Source: Gekko japonicus (Eukaryota). From it: a DNA stretch of 64,000 nt. Positions 40,601-52,600 of the stretch are shown here, one piece after another (the first letter of the stretch is position 1; every line of letters begins with the position of its first letter). The stretch lies in assembly GCF_001447785.1 (NCBI RefSeq), contig NW_015174274.1, forward strand, positions 1,501,440-1,565,439. Direction: 5' to 3'. The notes under the pieces are model-generated. The model worked only from the letters and a program-made list of their open reading frames with translations, was not told the DNA's origin and searched no databases. A program made the translations under genes and the position numbers.

Positions 40601-43600
40601 TTCTTTTCCAAACCTTTGCAAAGAATAGTCTGGTGTATTTATAATCTGAATTTCTAATGCTGTGGATATTACAATGTATATAATGCCATTACATGTGCAA
40701 AAAGGTAGCATTCTTATGACAAAATCAGCCATTCTCTTTTTGCCTAGGATAGATCCTTGCCAAACACTAAGCTGACAGAAGCAATTTGTACAACTGTGTG
40801 ATGGAGGGGTTAGAGTGTTGGGCTAGGTTCAGATTCCACTCTGCCATTGAAGGTTGCTGGGTGATAGGGCTGCCAAATCCCCCCGGGGGGCGGATTTCCC
40901 CCCGCTTTGGAGGCCCGATTTCTGCCGCCGCGGAATCGGGCCCCAGGGGAACCCCCTCCCCGGAGTGCACATCAGCTGGATGTGACGTGATGATGCCGGG
41001 CACGCTGAGGGCGGGGCCACAGCCATTTGAGGGGAAAACATAGTTTTCCCTTCAAATGGCTGTGCCCCGTCCCCAGCGTGCCCGGCGTCATGACGTCGCC
41101 GCAAGGAGAAACAGGTTTGGCAACCCTACTGGGTGATCCTGGCTGAGTCGCATACTCTCAGTCTAACCTACCTCACAGGGTTGTTGTGAGGATAAAATAG
41201 AGGCAAGGAGAATGATACAAGCTTCTCTGGGTCCTATTAGGAAGGAAACAAACACTAACCAGATTGTCATTAAATATCATACTAATTGGAAATGTTGAAA
41301 TGTTGAACCTTGCAATGCTATGCAATGCCACACCTGAGGATTTAGTAGATGGCCCAGAGGTTTAAACCATTTTTTGACAAAACTTTTATTGCCTTGGCAT
41401 TCTTTAGCCAGATGAATAGAATATGATTATGGAAAAAAATGTTATTTTCCTCCACTAACACCTTTTCCAAGTTAGTACATTGTTTCCATGTCCTCCCTTG
41501 TTGTGGACTGGAAAAAAAGTCCTGCAAAATTAGGAGAAGAATGATATATCTATGACTCCCAAGTGTTTCAAAGTTTATAACTTGGTTATTCTCTGCTAAA
41601 TCTAATATCTATCCAAACCACTATTCTCCCATATTTTAACCTGAGGCTGATATATTAGTTGGTAATTTAGTTCTCAGTTTCCTTACCACTGGAACTGGGG
41701 TTGTGGTGGTGGTAGGGAATGTTTACCACAAATTCTGTCCCAAATATCCCTCAGTTGCTCAACCACCAGATTATCAAGGGCATAAAAATGTTCTTTCTCC
41801 CCCTTTTAGCCACAGCCACAAACTAACTGGCATTTTTACCAAAAATGTGATTAGTTGTAGTTGAGGTCTGATCTGTGCTTTGATTAAGCCAGTTCATTAA
41901 CCAAGATAAAATAGCACCCAAGTAATAATCATGCAGTGGCTCAAGTGGTTAAGACGCTGAACTGCAGGCTGTGGAAGGTTGGTAGTTCAGCAGTTCGAGA
42001 TCCGAGTGTGCTGCATGACGGAGTGAGCTCCCGTTTCTAGTTCCAGCTCCTGCCAACCTAGCAGTTTGAAAGCAAGAAATTCTAAGTAGATAAATAGGTA
42101 CCACTTCAGTGGGAAGGTAACAGTGTTCCGTGAGCCTTAGTGTTTAGTCATGCTAGCCACATGACCACTGAAATGTCTTCGGACAGTGCTGGCTCTTCGG
42201 CTTTGAAATGGAGATGAGCACCGCAACCCTAGAGTCGGATTTGACTGGCTTTCGAGCAAGGGAACCTTTATCTTTACCTTAATAATCATGTAGGCTGGCT
42301 GGGAATTCCTAAACCACCATTTTTCTTTTGTCTTTTTTTCTAGTGCTACAGATTATTTGGATATGAGGAGAAAGACCAGAAAGATTGGCATGGTGCACGA
42401 AAAATTTGTATTAACTTTGGAGGAAACTTGGCCACCATCCTTAATGAACGTGTGCAAGGTGTGATACATTTATGGTGGTAGATAAAACTTATGAAACACT
42501 GCATTGCTTATTTTGTGATTTTCTTTGAAGGGGCATTAATAATACATCTTTCATGCATTTACTTGTACTCTTTGGTATACTTCTACAATATAAAAATGGA
42601 GGAGAGGAGAATGATGTAAGCCACTTGGGTCCCCATTGGGAAGAAAAGTGTGGTTTAAATGGAGTAAATAACTGGAATTCAAAAATTTAAATATAAGTTT
42701 GAAGCAATGGTACTCTGGCATACTGTTACATACCTGCCATTCATTAAATGTATTTTGCATAAAATCAATGTGAATTATGCAAATAAGTAAGATAACGCCT
42801 ATAGCATGTTACTAGCCAGAGGAACAGTAGGCAATACTCAAGTTTTGTTATAAAAGATCAAACAGCAAATCTAAACATACTTTTCCAGTTTTTATGACAT
42901 TTTCATTTCTCACATTGCCAATTCTTGTTCAAGTGTTAATGAGTTAAAGTTCAAGCTCATGCCAAACTTCAGCACTACAAGAGAACTTCTTTGAATAAAC
43001 AGTATCCCAAAATATTAGTCATGCCTGTGTTCCCCCCTTCCTTTTCTAGCCTTCCTCACTTTCCATTTAAATCATTTCTCAAATGATGCTTGGATTGGAT
43101 TAAATGATTTCAATGAAGAGAAAATGTACCTCTGGACCAGTGGAAGAGCAGTCCAATACACCAACTGGGCCTCAGAAATGACTGCATCTCAGTACGGTGT
43201 GTCGGTGGGTATTTGATTATACGTTGTTGCGAATCCTACAATATATTTGAGTACTGCTCTGCTACTTCAATTTTTACACCTCTTTTTGTGAGACTCTTCA
43301 ATATATAGGCCTGAAATTAGAGCCACATGCTTAAAAGAAAAGGTAATGTGAATAGACAAAATTATTTTAAAGGAATAGCACATTACCGGGGTGGGGAGAG
43401 AGAGATACACACACAGACATACATATATATGTATGTATGTTGTTCAGATAGGGGTGCCAACCTCCAAGTGGAGCCTGCCATTCTCTCAGAATTACAACTG
43501 ATCTTCAGACTACAGAGATTAGTTCCATTGGAGACAACAGCAACTTTGGAGGATGAACTCTATGGCATTATACTCCACTGAGTTTCCTTCACTCACCAAG

Positions 43601-46600
43601 CTCCACCCTCCTCAGGGTCTATCCCCATATCTCCAGGAATTTCCTAACCAAGAGTTAGCAACCATACTTGCAGATCCAAGTCTGGGTGTAGTGGTTAAAA
43701 GTGGTGGACTCTAATCTGGAGAACTGGATTTGATTTCCCACTCCTTCTTGGGTCAGTCACAGTTCTCCCAAAGCTGTTATCTCAAGAGCAGTTCTCTCAG
43801 AGCTCTCTCAGCCTCACCAACCTCACAGGGTGTCTTTTGTGGGGCGAGGAAGGGAAGGAGATTGTAAGCTGCTCTTGGACTCTGGGTGAAGGACAGGGTA
43901 TAAATCCAACTCTTCCTCCTTCTCTTCTTCCTCCTCCTCCTCTTCTTCTCCCTTCTTCCTTCTTCTTCTGGGCACTGAGCACAGTGGGGTGAGGGCAGAG
44001 TATGGAACAAGAAACACAAGTTTTTGGTTCCAGGCTCAGCAGACTGGGCCAGAGCGAGCAGACAAGAACTATACTGATTGTAGCACATGTAAAGGCCAAA
44101 CTTGATTTGGAAGCTTGACTTTTATTGTCCTATTGTATTAGGAGGATTGCCTGCCTTATTGAACAGAGTCATCTTTGAGTGTACAGGGACAGAACACTTG
44201 AGTCTGTAGCCCTGCATGGAACAACACAAGTTCTGAAGTTCCTGCTTCTATCTCTGACAGCTCTGGAGTTACTCCTGTATAGGTAAAAGGGAAGAGAGGG
44301 GTCTTCCCTAGCTATGTATGATTCTTGTTTTTTTTTTCTTTATAGGAAGATTGTATTGCAATGAAAACCAAACCTCTTAAAGCAGTGGGGACATGGGATG
44401 ATTTTAACTGTGGGTCTAAGAAAGGCTACATATGTCAAACAAGCACAGGTAAGTACTCCCACCAGTTGGATAACCACTTTCCATCCATTAAAAGAAAATT
44501 AATTTATCCAAAACTTGATTAAATTTCTACTATCTCCTGTATGCTTCCATTAAAGCAAGTGGTTTATGAGCATATAGAATATATTTAGAACAGTGGTTCT
44601 CCAATTTTGCCACAGCAGGTTTATATTTTTTTTATTTCCCCCAAAGTGTCATTTCCATTCACGTCCGTGTTATGTTGTAGGGGGGAAAAGGCAAATTTTG
44701 CTCTAGAGACCCAAATAATGGCAAAAAAGCTGTCCACCTGGTGATGAAATTGCCATAATCACTCTCTTCCAATGAACATTTATCTGGTAGAGCCTTTGTA
44801 TGCCTCCAACCTTGAATCTTTTTCTTTTCACTTGCAATTTATGAAATGAATTCATCTTTTTTGGCAAGAGCATTTCATTGAACTTAATTTCCACCTTCTC
44901 AACCCGAAAAGTAATAAACTTTAGGAAGTTGTGGTAGCTACAAGCAGAGAGAGCTTCAAGGAGGGATTTGATAAACATATGGAGCAGAGATTCATCAATG
45001 GCTATTAGCTACAACGTATAGATGGAACACTATGACGGAATCTGCATTTGTCTTTCCCACCGGTGTCCCAGCCTTCTGACTCGGTCTTCAAAAAAGTTGT
45101 CTACATTTGGTGTCATTTTCACACCTGAACAGTGCTCGCATACTTTCGCACATCCACATATGTTTATCATCCTTTGGGGCGGCTCCACTGTCATTGCACC
45201 TCTGCACTGCTTTAAAAGAATCTTCTCCAAACAACATTCAAACAAGCATAGAGAAAGATGGCGTCACAGCATCATGAAAATGATTTTAAAATGCAAATGC
45301 AGATACAGCCTATGTCTGGGGCAGTGATACTTGGTATTCTTGGTGCTTGGGGGGCAACAGTGGGAGGGCTTCTTGAATTCTGGCCCCACTAATGGACCAC
45401 CTGATGGCACCTGCATTTTGGCCACTATGTGACAGAGTGTTGGACTGGGTGGGCCATTGGCCTGGTCCAACATGGTTTCTCTTATGTTCTCTTATGTTTT
45501 GTAGACCCCAAATCCTCTGTTGTTCCATCATCCACACCAGTACATTTATTCCATTTCCGTAATAGTAGCTACTTCTTCAGTGAAACCAAAATGATGTGGA
45601 ATGATGCCCAGAAAAACTGTGAACAACAAGACTATGATCTTGCCAGTATTTTAGATCCTTTTATCAACTCAGTCCTTTGGCTACGGATGTTGAAATATGA
45701 TGGGCCTGTATGGATTGGTCTGAACAGCAATATGGTAAGTAGGCTGCACATCTGCCCATAAAGTAGCATATATAGAATTTTCTGTTTCTGTTTACACAAG
45801 TGTTTTTATATTCTTCACTAATCTCAGGCATTCAAGATAATGTGATTCAACTGGTGTAATGATTTTAATGTTTAGTTGCATTTAGATACATGGATAAAAG
45901 GAGACAGTAGTATACCTTTTAACTGACTAAATCTATTACATTGCCTTATTTCATGCTATGATGATAATGTCCACAAGGTATTTTAACTATGATCTGCTAC
46001 CTCCTAGTGGACAGCAGCAAAATCAGAATGAATCTGCTCGAACATACAGTTAAGTGTGAAGTTCCAGGGACATTACTGCAGGAAACATCTATTCATGATA
46101 GCACTTTCTCACAACCAAGATGACACAAGATATTGCTTTTTGGGATGGGCAACCGCTGGATATTCTGGTCTATAAACCTAGACCTGATGATTTGTAAACA
46201 GCCCGATAGTCTGAGGTATTCTTGCTAGGCTTGACCAGAATATTGGCCCATCTACCTGACTATTTTGACAAACAACAGCTGGCTAGCATAGAATAAAAAG
46301 GGCCTTTTCCAACACATGCTGCCTAAAGGTGGTTCAACAGGACATGCCCAGGATTGAACCAGGGGCCTTCTTTTTGCAAACAATGTACTCTTCTACTGAG
46401 CCTCCTAATTTTATGGAACTTTTTGTTAGGAAATCAGCCGCAGCACTAAAATGATCTATCATGTGAAAGATCTGTGTACATTTCAAGTTTCTGAAAGATT
46501 CATTGTCATTTGTTGTTGTTGTTCAGTTGCACAGTCGAGTCCGACGCTTCGCAGTCCCGTGGACCACATCACGCCAGGCCCTCCTGTCTTCCATCGTGCT

Positions 46601-49600
46601 CCGGAGTTTGCTTAATTTCATGTTTGTTGCATCAATAATACTGTCTAACCATCTCATCCTATGCCGTCCCCTTCTTCTTTTACTTTCAGTCTTTCCCAGC
46701 ATCAGGGTCTTCTCCAGTGAGTGCTTTTCATTTGGTGGCCAAAGTATTTGAGCTTCAGCTTCAGTATCTGGCCTTCCAGGGAACAGTCAGGGTTGATTTC
46801 TTTTAGAATCGACTGATTTGATCATCTTGCAGTCCAAGGGACTCTCAAGAGTCTTCTCCAGCACCATAGTTCAAAAGAATCTATTCTTCGGCGCTCGGCT
46901 TTCCTTATACTTCAACTCTCGCAGCCGTACATGACTACTGGGAATACCATTGCTTTGACTATGCAGACTTTTGTTGGCAGGGTGATGTCTCTACTTTTTA
47001 TTATGCTGTCAAGGTTTGCCATCACTTTCCTCCCAAGGAGCAGGCGTCTTTTAATTTCATGGCTGCAGTCACTGTCTGCAGTGATCTTGGATCCCAGGAA
47101 CGTGAAGTCTGTCACTGCTACCATGACTTCTCCTTCTATGGGGCCAGATGCCATGATCATAGTTCTTTTGATGTTGAGTTTCAAGAGGACTTTTGTGCTC
47201 TCCTCTTTTATCCTTAGCAAGAGGCTCTTGAGGTCCTCTTCACTTTCTGCCATTAGAGTGGTATTGTCTGCATATCTGAGGTTGTTGATGTTTTTCCTGG
47301 CAATCTTAATTTCATCTTGTGGTTCATTTTGCATGATGTACTCTGCACATAAATTAAATAAGCAGGGTGACAATATACATCCTTATAATACTCCTTTTTT
47401 TTTGCTAAACCAATTAGTTGTTCCATATCCGGTTCTGTCACTTCTTGACCCTTATACAGGTTTCTCAGGAGACATGTCTGATACTTCCATCTCTTTAAGG
47501 ACCTGCCATAGTTTGTTGCGATCCACACAATCAAAGGCTTTAGCATAGTCAATGAAGAAGTAGATTTTTTTTCTGGTACTCTTTTGCTTTCTCCATAATC
47601 TAGTAAATGTTGGCAGTTTGAGCTCTAGTTTCTCTACCTCTTCGGCCCTGTTCATACGAGCCCATTTGGTCCGGAAGCGGGACGGAACAGGGGCGGAGCA
47701 AACCGGCACGATCCCACCTCAACATCTGGGGAGCGTGCCGGATCCGTCCCGGTTCCGTCCCTTCCAGCGTTGCTCCGCGGCGAAAAAGAACCACCTCCCG
47801 AGGTGGTTCTTTCCGAAGGGCCGCAGCAACGCTGGCCGTGGGATCGCCGGCGCGTCCTTGCGCCGGCGCATCCCCGGCTCCTGGCCGAACTGCGCATGTG
47901 TGAGCATGCGCAGTTCGCCAGGCTCCCCTTCCCACCGCTGCGTTCTCCCCGGCATCTGATCGTGCCGGGGAGCGTTGCGACGCGGCTCGGGGGATCTGTG
48001 AGATCCCGCCGCGCCGTCCCAACTTTGCCGCGGCTCACTTTAGCCGCGGTACTAGCACCTAATTCCCTGCCGTGTGGCAGGGACCTTCGAAACGATATAC
48101 ATCCTTGTCGTACTCCTTTTCCTATGCTGAACCAATCAGTTGTTCCGTATCCGGTTCTAACTGTCGCTTCTTGGCCCTTATACAGGTTTCTCAAGAGACA
48201 TGTGAGGTGGTCTGGTACTCCCATCTCTTTAAGGACCTGCCATAGTTTGTTGTGATCCACACAGTCAAAGGCTTTAGCATAGTCAATGAAGCAGAAGTAG
48301 ATATTTTTCTGGTACTCTCTTGCTTTTTCCATAATCCAGCGAATGTTGGCAATATGATCTCTCGTTCCTCTACCTCTTCGAAACCCAGCTTGTACTTCTG
48401 GTAGTTCTCTATCCACGTACTGTTGAAGCCTAGCTTGTAGGATCTTGAGCATGACCTTGCTAGCGTGTGATATGAGTGCAATTGTGCGATAGTTTGAACA
48501 TTCCTTGGCGTTGCCCTTCTTTGGGATTGGAATGTATACTGATCTTTTCCAATCCTGTGGCCACTGTTGCGTTTTCCAAATTTGCTGGCAAATGGAGTGC
48601 AGAACTTTAACAGCATCCTCTTCTAAGACTTTGAATAGCTCAGCTGGGATACCATCACCTCCACTAGCTTTGTTGTTAGTAATGCTTTCTAAGGCCCATT
48701 TAACTTCACATTCCAGGATGTCTGGCTCGAGGTCAGTGATTATACCGTCGTGGTTGTCAAGGACATCGAGGTCTTTCTTGTATAGTTCTTCTGTGTATTC
48801 TTGCCATCTTTTCCTAATCTCTTCTGCTTCTGTTAGGTCCCTACCATTTTTGTCCTTTATCATGGCCAGCTTTGCATGGAACGGTCCCTTGATTTCTCCA
48901 ATTTCCTTGAAGAGGTCTCTAGTCCTTCCCATTCTATTGTTTTCCTCCGTTACTTTGCATTGTTCATTCAGGAAGGCCTCCTTATCTCTCTGTTCTCTGG
49001 AAATCTGCATTCAGTTGGGTAAATCTTTCCTTTTTCCCTTTGCCTTTCGCTTTCCTTCTTTCCTCTGCTATTTGTAAAGCCTCATCAGACAGCCACTTTG
49101 CTTTCTTGCTGTTCTTTTCTTTGGGATGGTGGTGATTGATGCCTCCTGTACAATGTCATGAACCTCTGTCCATAGTTCTTCAGGCACTCTGTCTACCAAA
49201 TCTAGTCCCTTACACCTATTCTTCACCTCCACTATACATTCATGAGAGATGTGTCGTACAATACTAGTTTTACCATTGAAAGGGAAGATTTTAGCTTCCA
49301 GAGCCAGATCATGCAATTAAAATCTTCCTGTAAGTAGATCCTGGCTGAGGAGCACACCTTTAAATGGTTGTGAGAATGTTTCACAACATACTCACTTCAA
49401 CCCATGTTTATTTATTTTGTGATCCAAGTGTTCTCTAAGAGAGCTGGTGACATGGCACAGACATGGGCTGAGTTCTGACATGGCACTCAGTGAGAAAGTC
49501 ACATTTATTTAGAAAATTTCTATGTCGCCTCTGCAGAGAATCTGCTCAGTACAGCTTACAAAATAAAGCATAATGAAAACAAAAAATGCAATGAAAGTTG

Positions 49601-52600
49601 TTAATGGTTAAAAATTCAGCATTAAAAACTCAGCCAGGATATAAAAACAGAATAAAACATGGAATAGTTTAAAATTAGTCTCATGAAACAGTTCTTGGGC
49701 TAAAAGCCAACTATTAAAATGTTGTTAAAAGTTAACCATTTAATTAAAAGCCTGAGGAAAAAGAAATGTTTGCCCTGGCACCAGTGGCATACTTTGCCTA
49801 TTTGGTGTCCAGGGTGCATAATTTTTTAACACCCCCCTTCTCTATTTTTTTAAGCAGAAGGGTGAGGTATAAACCTGATTAATAAATAAAAAGCTTCCCC
49901 CCCCAATGTTCTCATGATAATAAATTGATCACTAGTGCCTCTTATCCATTGTGTATTAATTTTTAGACCTCTGGACAATATACATGGATTGATAAGTTCC
50001 AAATGAAGTATACTAAATGGGCCCCAGGAGAACCAAAACAGAAATTGGGCTGTGTGTATTTGGCTCTTGATGGAATGTGGAAGACTGCATCATGTAATGA
50101 AAACCATTTCTCACTGTGCAAATGGTCTGATGGTAAGTAATGCAAGATATTTTTCATTTTACATTGAACTGTTTGTCATTTGGGTGGATTTAATATCTAA
50201 CAAGGTACCTGTTCAGATCCCTATGTAATAAACAGTAATTCCTTTCATATTTCACAAAATTCTGCACCTGGCAGAATATTAAACAAAGCCAATAATACTT
50301 AAAAAAAGAAAAGAAAACAATGTTTTGAAAGTTTTACAAAGAGCTAGAGATGCCCAGTTCTCCAGATACATGACTAGTTCTCCCTCTTTCTGGTTAGATC
50401 CCAGATGAGAGGGTGTTTTCCTATAATGGAGGGGATAGGAGAGAGTGGTGTTGTTTTTTTTACTGACAGGACCAAACTACTTGTGATTAGTCTCCCCAGT
50501 GCGAAGAGAAGGGGAAAATGGGGAAATACCAATTTCTGCCAGAAGAATGCTAGTTGGGTAAAACCCAGTAATACTTTACTGATTTCTATAAAATTATAGT
50601 AGTCACAGGAATACTGCTTTCTAAAAATTCACTCTATGGTGCTTTCAATATTCAAAGTGTTTCATATATATGATCACAATACATTTTAGTTTGTCATATA
50701 AGAAGACCCCTATCGGTTGAGACCAGTCATCCATCTACTCCAGCATCCTGTTTCACACAGTAGACAATTATTTGCCCTGAAGGGGCAACAAACAGGGCAT
50801 AGAGGCCAAGGCTTTCACTGATGTTCAGTGCAATCCTATGCAGAGTAACTCCAGTCTAAGGCCATTGGTTTCAGTTGGCTTAGACTGGAGTAACTCCTAC
50901 AACTGTCTCCTAACACTGAGTTTCAGGGGTTTACAGCCTCTGAATATGGAGGTTCTCTTCAGTTACCATGGCTAGTAGCCATCGATGGACCTCTAAACAG
51001 CCACTAAATAGTGAGTTTATGGCTGAAATTTGAATCAGCAGTACTCATGCTCTTGGCCACGATCCTACACCATTATGATGCAAGGGAATTCATTGTTAAG
51101 AGGAGTACCAAGTCTCAGTGAGAAATGAGATGTAAAGTACAGTAAAAAATAAGTAAATAAAGGAAATAATTAATTAGTCTCACTTCAGAAATAAGACCTG
51201 CTAATTCTGTGCTCCGTATCCAGGGGGAAAAATGGGTATGCAAAATCTCAGAAAGCATCCTAGTCACATCTAGTTTGACCCTTAGCTAGGGACAGAATCA
51301 AGATGAAGTACAAATTGCTTCAGCTAAGGCATCTTGATACCGGAACTCCTCCTAACGAGATGGTTCCGTGGCCCAACTCTGTCTTATGTATGGCAGTGGG
51401 CGTGCGTGAGTAATTTACCCGTGTATACAGAGGGCAGATTCAGAACGAACACTCCCATTTCCCAGGAATGGAGACAACACACTAGGGTTTAATTAATAAA
51501 TGTTGTCTTTACTAGGTGGTTCTCAAGCACATGAAAAACAGATACATTCACAGATTCACTCAAGTTCCTTTAGTACACAGGTACAGAAAACAAATAGTAA
51601 TGAAAATAATAACTCAAACCAACAATGGGGTAAGACACAGAAGGGTAGCGTTTATACTTATCTGAGTTCCAGTCGAGAAGGAATTCTTCTCAGCATGAGA
51701 ATGGGGACAAAAGTACTAACTTTAGGGACTCTATAAACACACGGGATGGTCCAGCCAAACACATGTGGGCTCTCTGGTCGCGACTCCAGAGAACTCCTTT
51801 AGAATCACCTGCAGTATACTTAAGTTGCAAAGGTGAAGGTATTAGGAAGGATGGGTTAACCAGAGAAACAAAGGCTGTGTTTCTCTTTTTAAAACCTAGT
51901 TTTGGGGGTTGGCATAAGGCCAATCTACACCTGAAATCCGTCCCCTTCTCTATACCTATAGGTTGACGGGTTATGACGCTTTACCTAGAGGGGAGTGGGG
52001 CGATATTCAAATTCTAAGCCTAACTTCAATGGGGAGCCATGTGGCAAGGTGTCAAAGTTGTATTCCCATAGCAACCTTTGACTTGCAGATGTCCAAGAAG
52101 GCAATAACAGGATGTTGTCCTTTTGTGATTCCAAACCAGATAGTGGGATTACGTGTTATTCCAGGAGATCTGTAATGGTGGGAGACCTGTTGTTTTCCAA
52201 GTCTCCAGGCTGAGCCTAATGGCGAAGGTCTTCTTTGTTCCAAGGCATGCTGGGAAGGTGTGGGTACGCACATGTCCATTAGCATAGGCAGCACAAGCCC
52301 TGCTCCTGGCAGCTTCCAGGTGCAAGCATGAGATGCAAAGCAAGCAAATCCAAGACACAGCATTTCCCACATTCCACATACACAAATGCAAAGACATTTT
52401 GCAGACATACAGCATCAGCACAGCACACATAATACATTTAAAGCACACATGGTAACAATCTCTCTGGAAGAACGATGTATGCACATATATGCCTTTTAGT
52501 GTTTCTTCCATCCTTGCTCAAGATTTCAGCATGTAAAATCATCTATCTTTTCAGAATATAATTTAAGCTATCCATAAAATAAACGTACAGTACTTTATGG

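Noticed and set aside
47600-48255. Cluster of overlapping long ORFs, including the 452-aa ORF, as a novel gene
   Set aside because: Explained by BovB RT reading into a stop-poor, GC-rich palindromic MITE.
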